Assembly: GCF_009914755.1 (NCBI RefSeq)
Contig: NC_060927.1
Length of the DNA stretch: 64,000 nucleotides
Reading direction: 5' to 3' (one strand)
From: the human T2T-CHM13v2.0 reference genome, Homo sapiens
The notes beneath the pieces are model-generated. The model did no database searches, was not told the DNA's origin, and worked only from the letters and a program-made list of their open reading frames with translations. Position numbers and translations under genes: made by a program. How positions within the stretch are numbered: the first letter of the stretch is position 1; each line of letters starts with the position of its first letter. Below, piece after piece: positions 40,267 to 64,000 of the stretch.

Positions 40267-41899
40267 GTCTCCCAGCCACGGATACCAGCATCTGCTCTGG
40301 TGGAGGTGACAGGGGAGAGAAGTAGACTCAGAGTCCTTGGTTGTAGATGGGTTTAGTGTGCTGGCTTTCTCCAATGCTGGTTATGCTAACAGTGAAATTG
40401 TCACGTGGACAGACTCAGGGCCACTGGTTATGCAGGATGTTGTAGACTGTGGAATTAGCTGTTGTTTAATCCTTATTTGGAGCGGGGTTATTCTGTCATG
40501 AGTTGCTGTAATGTCATGAGTTGGTTGGCCTCCAACCAGGAGGTGGCACTTCTGAGAGAGCACCAGATCTTGATAGTAGAAAGGGGATATAAGCTCGCCC
40601 TAAGTTGACCAGGATAAGTATTTGGGTTTCTCAGGTGATGGGTGGGTCGTAAAGCTTCCAAGAGTTTTTGTCTTTTGTGATCGGCTACCAGGGTGGATAG
40701 AGAAATACCATATAGTTGGGGCAGGGGTAGGCTTGTCTGAGCTCAGACTCTCCTTGGGCAGGGCTTGCCATGCCACTTTGAGGGATTGGGGAGTGGTTCT
40801 TGGGCCAGTGGGGTTATGTTCCAGAGGGGATTATAGCTGCCTCTGTCACCAGGGAAGTGGGGGAAAGCCGGTAGCAACAGGCCATACCCACTTCCTACAC
40901 AGTTGGTGAGGCCGGTTTCACTCCTGCAGTGTCCCGCTCACAATGCCAAGTGTATCTCCAGGAAGCCTGCACGTGGGACTCAGACCTAGCCCCAGGCTGT
41001 AAGTTTCCCCATTGAGAAAGCAAGCACGGCTTTCAGGCCACACCCCTCCTCATCTGCCCACACTGTCAGTGACGACTCCTGCTCTCCTTTCTGCATCAGT
41101 TCCCGTTGGCTCCAGATTCTGCTCAAGAGAGTTTGCACCCAGTCAAAATTAGTACACATTTCAGTTGTAAGCTTCTTTCACCCTGTGACCCCTCCCAAAT
41201 TCTGCTGGCTGCCTTCCCACAGGTCCCCTGTGAGATACAGCCAGGGATGGTTCCCCTGGGCTCGAGCTGGAGATGGGGAGTGCCTACGAGGCTCTTCCCA
41301 CTGTGCTTCTACTTTTATATTTCATTCTAAATCCATTTCAGCTCTAGGTAAAGTTAAATTCTTCTCCTGTAATCTGGATTTTCGAGTTCCCCAGTGGCAA
41401 CATGTGTTTGGAGGCAGGTTTCCCCACACCTCACACTTTGGGAACTCAATTTTTCACCTGTCTTGAAGAATTTGCAGCAGCCTGCAGCTTCTTTTGAAGG
41501 ATCCGTGAATTATTTCGGTTTCCCTGGTACACTCCTGAAGTGGTTCCTGTATCATATGTCCATGGTGATAGTGTCCACACACTGTTCTGTCCATCCAAGT
41601 GGAAGCTGCACATCAGCCCCATCTCCTACCACCATCTTCCTTGTCTGCCAAGTCACGAGCTTTTCCTAAAAAGTTATTATTGATTGAAATAAAAACCCAA
41701 AAAGGACAGAAGTAAAACTATTAAATACAAATACTACAATGCAAAAATCAATTAGATACAAAGAGAAATGTAGCAGTGTATAAAGATCAATCCATTTTGA
41801 TAAATAAAATATAACTCAAGAATAGAAGTTTCGGCAATACACAACATTGTAAGATTATTGAGGAGAGGCTTATATGTAGTCATTTAATAATCACAATCA

Positions 41900-42215
<316 letters not shown>

Positions 42216-43031
42216 TGATTTTTAAAGCTCTTAGCAAACTAGAAATAGATGGAGAGACTTGAGCCTAATAAAGAATCCTTATCAAGAACCTACATCACAT
42301 GTGGTGAAACTTTAAAGGTATTCTCACTGAAGTCTGCAACAAGGCAAGGGTTCCTGTTATAACTACTTTGTTTAATTTTATCCTGGAAATCTTGCCAATA
42401 CAACAAAATTAAATATAAAGAAAACTTCTGATAGGCTTGTGTCATCTGCTTGGTGCTGAATATTTCTACTATTCCTCCCAAAATAATTCAAATTTTAAAA
42501 GGGACAACAATGAAGACAAATACCCATAAAACATAACTTTTATGAAACTAAGAGACAGAAAAAAATCCTGCAAACTCAAATTACAGATGCACCAAAAGCA
42601 ACTGCTATCAGCCGAACTGGGGGAGAAAACCACAGGAGCAGGATGGATGTGGTGAAGAACAGGGAGGTCATCTGTCAATACTGGCATATGTGGAAACATT
42701 CACTGTCAAACAGATATCTATGACTATTATATTTTACTGTGGATTTATTATAGTCTATCCTCTTTCCCTTCCCAACGTGAACTCTTCTTTGCCTAGTATA
42801 GTGCTTTCTTTGATATGGAAATCCTAAGCTTTCATTCATCCATCTTTTTACACTTTTAGTCAGAATGATATTTTACTTTTGGTGTAATTTTATAAATGGT
42901 AAATGAAGCATATTTATACTTACCAGTATGACAGATATTCAGGTGTATTTTGTCACATTACTCTATATTATTTTTATTATGTATGCACAGTATTAAGAGT
43001 ACAGAACATACAGGTAAACACTAAGACCAAA

Positions 43032-43404
43032 TGTATTAGTCTTCTGGGACTGCCATAACAAAATACCGCAGTTTGGATGGCTTTCTCACAGTTCTGGAAG
43101 CTGGAAGTCAGGTGTCAGCAGGTTTGGTATTTCCTGCGGCATCTCCTTGGCTTGCAGAGGGCTGCCTTCTCAATGTGTCCTCACATGGCCTTTGCTTTGT
43201 GTGTGCGCACATTTCTGGTGTCCCTCCTTATGTCCAGATTTCCTCTTCTTATAAGGACTCCAGTCAGGTTGGATTAGGGCTCACCTAAAGAGCTCATTTT
43301 AACTTAATTACCCCTTGAAAGGCCCTACCTCCAAATACTGTTACATTCTGAGGTACTGGACTTCAATATATGAATTTTGTGAGAACACAAGTCAGCCAAT
43401 AACA
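43032..43404 (-). mobile_element. MLT1A-type solo LTR
   Basis: tgtattagtc...gccataacaaaatacc...cagccaataaca. Confidence 0.8.
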
Positions 43405-43711
43405 AATGATAATTTTGTTGACTAAAATTGAGTAGTGAAAGCTAGGGAGAAAGGTGAGGAGGAAGAAGTTACAAGGTAATTCATGTGATGCTAGTAGAAA
43501 TCAATGGATACTGTCTGAAACAAAAGGGGTTAAGGGTACTATATAAATTTCTCATTATAAATGCAGACACTAGATTAAAAATATCATAAAAACTACAATT
43601 TAAAAAAGGCTCTAAAGTCTGAAAGTTTATATAATACAACGTTCATATTTACATTGTATTTTCCAAACTTTATATTAGACATTGTTTTAGTCCTAGTTCT
43701 ATTTATAGGTA

Positions 43712-45313
<1,602 letters not shown>

Positions 45314-45461
45314 TATATTCAATGTTTATCTCAGTCCTTTTGCTGAGGTTACTCTGATCATCTTATGGTTGGGTGAATCTTATACTCTGGGAGATGATTC
45401 AGTAAGAGCTAATGTGAACAATATTTCCTGAGTCCTTGAATTTGTAGAAATGTTTCACTGT

Positions 45462-45861
<400 letters not shown>

Positions 45862-46084
45862 CTATAGCTGTGCCATCTTGGCTTCTTTCCCTTAGAAAAG
45901 ACACAATGTTTTTTGCCCAGATGCCCAAAGTTTGTTACTAATATTAGTAGGACATGTCTAGTGTTTGTAAGATATGTATTAGTAGGATATATCTACTAAC
46001 CAATGTTACTAGCTTTGATATTGATAATTCTGGGACAGATTTGTCAGATCTTGGATATAGCATCTAATATAAAGATTCAAATCT

Positions 46085-46370
46085 GCCAGGCATGGTGGCT
46101 CACGCCTCTAATCCCAGCACTTTGGAAGGCCGAGGCAGATGGATCACCTGAAGTCAGAAGTTCAAGACCAGCCTGGTCAACATGGTGAAACTCCATCTCT
46201 ACTAAATATACAAAAATTCGCATGGCATGGTGGTGGGTGCCTGTAATCCCAGTTACTCAGGAGGCTGAGGCAGGAGAATCCTTTGAACCCGGGAGATGAG
46301 CTGAGATCGCGCCATCACACTCCAGCCTGGGCAACAAGAGCAAAACTTCATTCCAAAAAAAAAAAAAAAA
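46085..46370 (+). mobile_element. AluS with a small internal deletion
   Basis: TSD AAAGATTCAAATCT. Confidence 0.9.
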
Positions 46371-47917
46371 TGGAAAAGATTCAAATCTTAGTTTAAGAAT
46401 ACTTTCTAATGTTTGTTTTCTATTCTTTTGGCTTTTCTCTGGAGAAACTACAATTACTAATATTTTAGATCATTTATTGTCGTTTATAACTTTCACTTTC
46501 TCTCTTTAAAAATTATTTTTGCTTCTCTTTAATTTCCTTCACTTTTCCCATGTGTATACTCCGTCTTGCTGTGCTTTCTGTGGTGTCTATTTTCCTATAT
46601 GACCGTTGTAATTTAGTCTTTACTTATGAAATGATTCTGTCTGTTTCTCCAATTTCTTTCCTAAATTTTACCAATTACCATTTCATATCCTTGTATTGAC
46701 TGACCATTACCTTCTGTTGACTGGCCATCACCTTTTTTTTTTTTTTTTTTTGGACATGTCTTCCCTGAGATCTTTTTTGTTTTTTTTGTTTTCCTCCCTT
46801 ACTGCAATTACATCATATTTTCTCCTTTATGCATGTTGAAATATTGTGTTACAATTTTTCTCTGCTTTGGAGCAATATTTTGTTAGCAAGTATTCTTAGT
46901 CCTCAGGGAAGTTTTGCGTCTATTTTCAGTTCCTTTTTTGCCCTTTTAATTTCCTAGAATATCTTTCTTTGGATGTTCTAGTTACACAATTACTTTGTCA
47001 ATCATATTTGAAGGAGTTGACATTTTTTCAGCTGAAAGAAGGATCTCTTGAAGTGAGGGAAGGAGTAGCTTTTCCAGTTTCTCAGCTCAAGAGCTCACTT
47101 CAGGTAACAGGTCTCACCTGAATTTCAGATCTTAACTTCCTCACAGAAGCTCTTGCAATTAGTTCCACACTTCTACAGTTCCTTCACCACCTCCAGGGAA
47201 GCAGCTACCTTCATCAACGGATCCTGTTCCAAACTTCCACTAACTTCTCCCTCTTATAAGTGCTATTTTCTTGAATCTATCACTTCTGGTTGCCTCCTCA
47301 CCCAAACACATTCTAACCCTTCTATCTTCAACTCTCCCGTTGCACCTGCTGTCTTCAATTACACCAGTCTCACTGAGGATGAGGCCCCATTTTTTTGGGA
47401 GTGCATATTCACTGTTGATTTCTCAGATCTTCCACTTCTAAAACTTTTTGGTACATCCTGTTCTTAAACACACCTGCAATGCTCTTGTGGCTTTTTATAC
47501 CAAAACTGCTAAATTCAGATGTCAAAAACAGTTATTGCCTGGAATACACAAAGGAAGGGAGGTTCAGAAGAGAGAAACCATTAGTCATAAAACACAAACA
47601 ATAAAACATATACTTTCTACATGTGAGCAATTCCTCTTGAGGGCAAAATCCATACCCTTTGTCCAACAAAGAGGGCCCATGAACAGGACTGGATGTGACA
47701 GAAGGCCCCTCTGGAACCAGTTAAGTACATAAATGCAAAGAGACAAGGTTCATAAAGAATCATGAAGATAAAATTGAAGAAGGCCAGTTGATTTTCTGAC
47801 TGTGGAAAATAAAGCATTAGGAAAATAAAAATCTCTCAGCATAGATTGTTATCCTGGCCCCTACAGGAAATTCTTACAAATAGATGATCCAGAAATCTCT
47901 AACTCAAACAACAATGA

Positions 47918-48050
47918 CAGGAGGAGGAAGAAGAAGAAGAGGAAAAGAAGGAGAAGAGAAGAAAAGGAGGAGAAGAAGAAGGAGGAAGAAAAGGATGAGG
48001 AGGAGGAAAAGAAGAGAAGAGGAGGAGTAGAAGGAAGAGGAGGAGGAGAA
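47918..48050. repeat. GA-rich (GAG/GAA)n low-complexity tract
   Basis: Read directly. Confidence 0.85.
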
Positions 48051-48277
48051 ATAACATGACACCTATATAGGTAGTATTAAAGAAAAAGGGAGACGAATTA
48101 AGCTCAATTTATTAACATATAAGGAATACTTTAACATGGAACAGATGAAAACCATAAACAAATATTTTATCTTTAGCCATTTTGTGAGTGTGTAGTATAT
48201 CCCATTGTAGTTTAATTTCCATTTCCCTATGACTGTGAAAAGAAAATGTTTAAAACTGTTAGAAAATTATATAAGCA

Positions 48278-48609
48278 AGCCAGGCATGTTGGCTCACACC
48301 TGTAATCTCAGGCCTTTGGGAGGTCAAGGCAGGTAGACCGCTTGAGTTCAGGAGTCCAAGACCAGCCTGGGCAACATGGTGAAACCCGGTTTCTACAAAA
48401 AATGCAAAAATTATCTAGGTATGGCGGCAGGCACCTGTAGTCCCAGCTACTAGGGAGGCTGAGGTGGGAAGATTGCTTGAGCCTAGGAGGTCAAGGTTGC
48501 AGTAAGCCATGAGCATGCCAGCCTGGGTGACAGAGTGAGACCCTATTTAAAAAAAAAGAAGAGAAAAAAAAAGAAAGAGAAAGAAAGAAGGAAGGAGAGA
48601 GAGCGAGAG

Positions 48610-48668
<59 letters not shown>

Positions 48669-48797
48669 AGGAAGGAGAGAGAGTGAGAGAGAAAGAAAGA
48701 AAGAAAGAAAGAAAAGAGAAAGGAAGGAAGGAAGGAAGGAAGGAAGGAAGGAAGGAAGAAAGGAAGAAAGAAAGAAAGAAAAAGAAGGAAAGAAAGA
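48278..48797 (+). mobile_element. AluJ with an expanded (GAAA)n/(GGAA)n tail
   Basis: AluJ diagnostics; ~240-bp purine tail at 48560-48797. Confidence 0.88.
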
Positions 48798-49602
48798 TTA
48801 TGTAGACAAATATGCTGTGGTCCTCTATGGGAACAGAACTGAGTCTGATTATGAAGAAAATAATCTCACTGCAATCTCTTGGAAGGGCAACACGAAACAC
48901 TTGAAGACCCTCCAGCACACTGCTTGTTATCAAAAGATTACTGGGCCACAGCTTGGAGGTTTGCTTGTGTTTGCAGATAGTTTTATTACCATTATCATTG
49001 TGTTCATTTTAATACTAAGAGAAATAAGAGCAATTATGTCTTTGCAAATAATTTATCTGTGCCTCTGGTTAACTTCCAGCAATATGATGTTACCAGTAGA
49101 AAGTAATTTCTTTAAAACATTGCAGAGAGACAGCTTCTTACACATCAGAAACAAAATTGTTAGATTTTGTACCTCTTCAGTCATACTAAATCAGTTCAAT
49201 TAAACAAGTTATTGAGCACCCCCTATTCATTATGGGATTCTATTCATCTAGAAGATGGGAATACAAAGTTAAAATAGGCCTTGACATCAAGACATACATA
49301 ATATAATAGAGAACACATATATATATTTGCAAAGAACTAGAATTCTGTTTGGTAAATGCAATAGTAAAAGCCTATGTGAGGCAGAGAGGAACATAGAGCA
49401 GCATGACCAATTGTGCCTGGCTAGCGACGGGTGCGCAGCATAAAAAAGCTCCTGAGTAGGATTAAATGAATAACCCAGAGGTCAGTTGGATGGGATTGAG
49501 GGATCAAGCATTTCAGGCTTAGCCAATGGCATTGAGTCAGATCAGGAAGTGCCTGTCATGCCGTCTTAACATGCTTGAGTTTCATTCTTTAAGAAATGAG
49601 AA

Positions 49603-49877
49603 GGCTGGGTGCCGTGGCTCACACCTGTAATCCCAGCACTTTGGGAGGCTGAGCCATGGGATCACTTGAGCCCAGAGTTCGAGACCAGCCTAGGCAACAT
49701 AGCAAAATCCAGTCTCTACTAAAAGTAGAAAAATTAGCTGGGTGTGGTGGTGTGCACCTGTAGTCCCAGCTACTTGGGAGGATCACCTGAGCCCAGGAGG
49801 CAGAGGTTGCAGTGAGCCAAGATCGTGCCACTACACTCCAGCCTGGGTGACAGAGAAAGACCCTGTCTCAAAAAAAA
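49603..49877 (+). mobile_element. AluJ
   Basis: Full body (cacttgagcccag). Confidence 0.88.
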
Positions 49878-50007
49878 GAGAGACAGCAATGCAAGGAGTT
49901 TTAAACATAGACATGATTTGATCAGATTTGCCACTTATTAGATGACACAATCTGTCGTAGCACTGTAGCTGATGGATTGGATTTGGAGGTCAAGCATAGA
50001 CACTAGG

Positions 50008-50167
50008 GGCTGGGCTCAGTGGCTCACACTTGTAATCCCAGCATTTTGGTAGGCCTAGGAGGGAGGAGCACTTGAGCCCAGGAGTTTGGAGGTTGCAGTG
50101 AGCCAGGATTGTGCCACTGTACTCCAACCTGCACAACAGAACAAGACCCCACCTCCAGAAAAAAAAA
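50008..50167 (+). mobile_element. Monomeric Alu (FRAM/FAM-like)
   Basis: Single monomer with right-arm features and an A tail. Confidence 0.75.
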
Positions 50168-50778
50168 GAGAGTGACTAGGGTTCAACTGCAGTGGTTCAG
50201 TGGGAAAATAGTGCTGGCAGTGGAGAGGTAGGAAAAGACAGATTCAAAATATATAATCTAGGCCTCGTCAGTAGGATCTTGTGATTTATTAAAAGTCAAG
50301 GATCCTTGAGTATAAGATCATTTTGTTTTCTTTCTTAAAGACTTTTTCAGTCCTATGGTTTTAGTTTGTGTTCAGTCTTTTTTTTTTTAATAGTTTGTTT
50401 TCCTCTGGTAGAAAAATCAAGACAACTTACATTCAAATGTGGAGGAAATGGACTGCTTCATGCAGTACCTTACAGGAGGCAGTGCTTCACCATTTTCACA
50501 TACTGTGCACCACACAATCACTCAGTTCTATCAGTTCACAAAGAGGTAATCAGAATCCAGCAGACTGACTTGTCAAGCTGGTCAAATGCAAGAGACTTAT
50601 AAATTGGAATTCCATTGTGTTCATTTACAATAAATACCTAAGCCCAATTACAGAATTTACCCAATATCGTCACATGATTCTCCCTTTTTCCTATTAAAAA
50701 AGTAATAAACTAGCATTCAGAAGATTGTATGTTTAGCAGACACTGAGAATAATGTTTCCAAATGTCTGAAAAGTGTTA

Positions 50779-51107
<329 letters not shown>

Positions 51108-51975
51108 GACATTGGTACTCAAGATTTCTTGAAACTTCTCAAAACAACAAATTATTTGTAAAATGCTTCCAACATTCTTCATACTCTTTTCTTCCTATTA
51201 TGAATAGCCAAAAGTTGTTTAATAAATAAAAAGTTATATATTTTAAAGCACTCACAAATAAGTAAATCCTATAGCAAATATTCGAACTCTGGTAAACACC
51301 AATGAACATTAATGATTTATATGTAAGCAACATGACACTCAAATCTTGTAGCAAGATTAATAGCACTACACAGAATCACACGGAAAATGCCAATCTAAGG
51401 ACTTACTTTCTTGCTACACTTGTTATTTCTTGGAACACCACTGGTAGGATTTATAGAAAGTATACTGCATATTTGAAGTTATTAATTTTTTTATTTTTAG
51501 GCATGGCTCACTGTTAGTAGAAGACAGGGCCACAAATTTACGCTTACACCATGGCAACAGCTACAAATAAAACGGCCTGATTAGCTCCACCCAGCCCTTG
51601 TCTCATTTCCAGATACGTCAGTCTTAACTTCTGACTCCATGAGTAAATATTTCCTGTGTCTGCTCTTACATGACCACAACAGATGCCCTTCTCTATGTTG
51701 ATAGTTAAGCTTTAATTATACTATTTTATGAAAAACACTGATCAGAGTGGAAAATGCATTTCTTAGGGCCCACTACTCTGTTTGAAAATTATAATGCAAG
51801 TGTTTATCAATGTGAGTTAGACTCAAATACCACTTACTTACCAACTACTAAGCAATGGACATAATGATCAATGCCAATGGTTCAGTTGTCACTTCTTAGA
51901 TCAGAGAAAATGAAATCAAAACCCACTCTCTTTTCATTCCTAGTAATATACTTCAAATTTAAAAATAATTTTATA

Positions 51976-52304
<329 letters not shown>

Positions 52305-52597
52305 ATTTTATAAACTTGAATTTCCATTGTCATGTTTGTTTAATTTTCCCACATGATTTGAATAAATTTTGGTCAATAGTGGTTCTCTCTCACACTCTCT
52401 CACATTGCTTTCTCTCATCCATTTCTTCTCAAATTCTGATGGATAGGACTTTGTTAAATGTGATGTAGGTTGATAGTATTCAAACTTTTGCTCACAAATT
52501 TACTAAAACTATTTTGTAAAAATATGTGACTCCATCACACATTTCAAAGTTAATGTCTCAATTTTTTATCATAACTTTATAGTTGTAAAGGACATAA

Positions 52598-53275
<678 letters not shown>

Positions 53276-53548
53276 TCCGATGAAATTTAAATACATAATG
53301 ATTTGATATAAATTTTCATTTGTATAAAAATATACAAACTAGTCTTCCATATTGCCCAGAGCAGAACTTGTTTCTGTAACAATTTATAGGAAAACATCAT
53401 GAATCCCAAAGCCCTTGATATTCTGCAGGTAAAAGAGGAATTGTGCCTATTCCTTCCGGCAGGAGCTCATTTAAGTACAGATGGAATAATGTGACATACA
53501 AGTGGACCACAAACACAGTATCACTAATCATCAGAAAAATGCAAATCA

Positions 53549-57706
<4,158 letters not shown>

Positions 57707-58627
57707 GAAGTGACATTTATCAGCCTCTGGAATTCAATGCTGTTCTTTTCTTATGTTTATATCTTTGCAAGACATAGATGAGCTGAAGCCTCCATTTTGT
57801 AGGTATTCCATAAAATCTTATGGTGCTTTGTGGCTTGCAGGGAAGATTAACCACCAACAAACAACATAGGTAGATATCACAAAATAGTAAAAAGGGTAAA
57901 AACAATACATTTGGTAGCATCAAAGTACTTATGGATAGATAGAATATTGACCAAATGGGAAGAACTGAAAGGTGGAATAAATTATAATGTCTTCTGTTCC
58001 AAAAATGAGGAAGATTATGCCTTCCTTTCTTTTTCTTAATATTTCAGATAGATACTTCACATAACAGCATAACTCATCAATTCCATATTGCCATAAAATT
58101 AGTCCATACCTAAATTTTCATTTCGCTTTTGGATCAGAACAACAACAACAAACTATGATAGCTAAATATTTCAAATAATACTACCAAAGCAAGGGAAATT
58201 ACATTGATACAGACACATGTATATCATGCTGGCAGTGTTTTAAATACATTCCATATTTTTTGGAAATAACTTTTTTATCACATATTTGTGTAGTATTTTC
58301 AATTATTTTTCTTGGCTTTAGAAGTCACATTTTGTTGAAATTAATAAGGCATTTATTAGTGGGGCTAGTTTTTGTTCAAAGATTCTGAGATGGTATCAGC
58401 TACTGATAGGTAATCTATCTCATCATTTTATAGAAACAGAGCAATTTCAATGGAAAACTATTAGGAGATCTAAACCTGATAGTTTTTGTAGTAAATTTTG
58501 TTTGTGAAATTTTAAACTTCTACTTCTCTAACTTATTTTAAAATTTACAAAATGGTTTCAAGAAAAAAGACCAAATCTTAATACATCTCTATAGTACTTA
58601 ACTGAATTAGAAACCCAGCAAAAATAA

Positions 58628-59356
<729 letters not shown>

Positions 59357-59944
59357 AGCATATTTTATTTTCTTAAAAGAGGCTCATATCCTTAATTCCC
59401 ACATGAACTTGAACTCATTGTTAACGATATCCTAGGTTGGGTCAGGCAAAAAACTTCATACTACAGCAGATGACATGGAATGAAAGTCCTGATGAGAAGC
59501 TCAGTTCCAACAATGACTTTTGGCAAGTCCTGTTACCTTTCTAGGATCAGAGTTCTCACCTCTAAGATGGGGAGGAGGGTGGCTGGCTCATCAATTCTAA
59601 ACCTCATTTCTCCTGTAACACACATAACAGATGATCATGTCTATGAACAAAAAACACTCACTGAGGAAACCCAAAACATTTCCCAAGATATAAAGCAAAG
59701 AGCAAGGAGAATTTTTTTATGTTCTTTACAGTTTTGTTTTAACATAATATGAGGGGTTATATAATACTTCACTGAGAGCCAAATAAAAGAACAGCAAATG
59801 AATTTTATTTCCTTCTAGTAAAGTAGTATAATGGTTTATGTAGACCAGTTTGGTTTGACATGGCATTCCAAAAAGCACTTATGAGCTTATAAGTAAATAA
59901 AATTGCTATTTATTTCACAAGGAAAAAAATGGGCCTAACTAAAT

Positions 59945-60140
59945 TCTTATTTTTTTCTTAATTTTTAAAATTTTTGTGGGTACATAGTTGGTATATGTAT
60001 TTATGGGGTACAAGAGATGTTTTGATACAGGCATTCAGTGTGACATAAGCACATCATGAAAAATAGGGTGTTTATCCCCTCAAGCATTTATCCTTTGAGT
60101 TACAAACAATTCAACTGTACTCTTTAAGTTATTTTAAATA
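59945..60140 (-). mobile_element. L1MA 3' end fragment
   Basis: gtgggtacatag...gatgttttgatacaggcat...cccctcaagcatttatcc. Confidence 0.75.
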
Positions 60141-60258
60141 AATTCTTAAATGTTTAAAAAATGAATTTTGATATTTTATTATCCTCTACCCCAAGATAAA
60201 CTAAATTGAGCAGATCTATGTGTTGGCATATTTAATATTCTGATATGTGTGACTTTCT

Positions 60259-60904
<646 letters not shown>

Positions 60905-61854
60905 GTGACTTTCTAATAGGATAATGGAGCACACAGCAGGTACTCCCTGGATCAGCGTCCTGAGACAACAGTTTGGGAAAAGCTTGTCAAGTGCTAAGAA
61001 CCTAAGATTTGGAGCTAGAGACCTGTGGCTTGGTCCTAATTCTTCCACTCACTGTGTGATCTTCCACAAATCACTTGACTTCTGAGGTTTCAGCTTTATC
61101 ATATGTAATCACGGATAATTACACTGTACCTCTAGAGATTGTAGTGAAACAAAAGAAGCTAGTAATTTCTTAATGACTAACATATTGTTGTTGGATGATA
61201 AATGCTGTCATTAGAACCTTTTCTTTCTAGTTTTCACTAGAAAGACAGACTCTTATTTCTACTATAAACAGACCCAGCCTGATACCACATCTGAAATATC
61301 CTCCTACTGATCTGGAATCATGAAAATATTCCCAGTACTAAATTTTTAATTCCATTTAATGAGCACATATTAACCACTTCCTTTATACTATGAAAGTACA
61401 TGATATAAGAATAAGACATCATTTTAGCCTTTGAATTTCTTACAATCCAGTTGCCACAGTTTACTCTGCAGTCTTAATTTAAACTCCTCAATGCTAATGC
61501 AAAAGTTATATTAATTTCACCCCACTTTTTTTTTTAGCAAATTCTTATTTAAATATATAGAATGAAGATATGGCCAAATAATAAATATAGATGGGCATTT
61601 GCACCAACATTCTACACAATTTGTAACTACATTTAGGAAATGAGATAAGCCATGCTTTTAAAGTTTTCAGTATTGTCTTAATTACCTGGGGAAGTTATAA
61701 TCAGCTTTAAAACAACAAGGAAAGAAGAAATTGTACTGCAAACAGGAAAAAAATAAATGTAAGAAAGAAAAGTAAGGGAAGCAGCTCATTGTTTTTATTT
61801 AGAAAAGTTGTAAAAGCATGTTTCATTTTGGTTTAACTGAGAGTTAGCAGTATT

Positions 61855-62830
61855 TCATCTTTTTAATATATTTTGACAAACAAAAGTTGTGTATGTTTAT
61901 TATGTACAACATGATGTTTTGATATATGTATACATTGTGGAATGGCCAATTCAAGCTAATTAACATACACATTATTTTACTTTTTTTGTGGTGAAAACAC
62001 TTAAAACCTACCCTCTTAACAATTTCAAGTATACAATACATTGTTAACTATAGCCATCATGTTTTACAACAAACTTTGGGTCTAACCGAAATTTTACGCC
62101 TTTGACCATCTCTACAACCTCCTCCGAAGTGCCTTGAAACCACCATTCTAGCCTCTGTCTAGTCTCTGGTCTATGAGGCTGACAATTCTACATATAAGGG
62201 AGATCATGTGGTATTTGTCTTTCTGTGTCTGACGTTTCCCTTAACATAATATTCTCTAGATTTATCCTTGTTGTTGCAAATGACAGGATTTTATTATTTT
62301 TGAAAGCTAAATAATATCCCATTGTGTATATATACCACATTTTCTTTGTCCATTCGTCCACTGATAGATATATTATAATACTTAAGTTGATCCCTTAGCT
62401 TGGCTATGGTGAATGATGCCACAGTGAACGTGGGAGTGCAGAAACTAATTTCATTTAGTGGAATTGCTGGATTATATGGTAGCTCTAGTTTTAATTTTTT
62501 GAGCAACCTTCATATTGTTTTTCATAATGGCTGTACTAATTAACATTTCCACCAACAGTGTAGAAGGGTTCCCTTTTCTCCACATCCTCACCAACATTTG
62601 TTATCATTTTTTTTTTGATAATAGACATTCTAACAGGTATGAGATGATATCTCATTGCAGTTTTAGTTTGCATTTCCCTGATGATTAGTGATGTTGAGCA
62701 TTTTGTCATATACCTGTTTGTTGTTTGTATGTATTCTTTTGAGAAATGTGTATTCAAATCTTTTCCCCATTTTTTAATCAGGTTATTTGTTTTTTTATTA
62801 TTGAGTTGTTTGAGTTCCTTATATATTCTC
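61855..62830 (-). mobile_element. L1MA 3' segment
   Basis: Minus ORFs HFSKEYIQ...[17 protein letters not shown] and LELPYNPAIPL. Confidence 0.85.
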
Positions 62831-62859
62831 TTTCAATCTCTCAAAATATATTATTGAAC

Positions 62860-62945
62860 TGTACTCGCCTATTTTTGGACTGTGATTGACTACAGGTAAC
62901 TAAACCATGGAAAGCAAAACTGCAGCAGATAAGGAGGGACTACTG
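62860..62945. mobile_element. MER8/Tigger-type terminal fragment
   Basis: Ends gataaggagggactactg followed by TA. Confidence 0.55.
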
Positions 62946-62947
62946 TA

Positions 62948-64000
<1,053 letters not shown>

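Noticed and set aside
48535-49203. 222-aa K/E/R-rich ORF
   Set aside because: Starts in an Alu end and runs through a GAAA/GGAA microsatellite; the remainder has no recognisable homology

Overview
Human genomic DNA: it contains a human-specific AluYb8, and a processed WWP1 copy suggests the WWP1P1 region on chr3q near CPOX/ST3GAL6 (locus recalled from memory, not verified). Most of the window is transposon-derived: L1, about 25 Alus, MaLR/ERVL/ERV1 LTRs, an HSMAR2 mariner and MER elements. Non-repeat content is a full-length WWP1 processed pseudogene (~53549-57706), an old RPL19 processed pseudogene (~15774-16438) and a tailless U2 snRNA retrocopy (31801-31833). The main find is an apparently intact four-exon ferritin-fold gene on the + strand, join(20941..21042,21708..21851,22802..22927,24041..24193), 174 aa, which the ORF track misses except for exon 2. 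All three introns are canonical GT-AG, phase 0, at the FTH1 intron positions. The ferroxidase centre is remodelled (E61L/E62K equivalents), I found no IRE, and the short 3'UTR has a CPE plus AATAAA, suggesting a non-iron-storage, oocyte-type ferritin-domain protein (candidate orthologue of mouse Ftdc1/Ftdc2). Other oddities: an AluYb8 whose only substitutions are four A>G changes (possible ADAR-edited RNA intermediate), and a TA-rich expansion carrying a 40-bp templated copy of DNA from about 1.47 kb downstream. All alignments to consensus or reference sequences were done by eye from memory.
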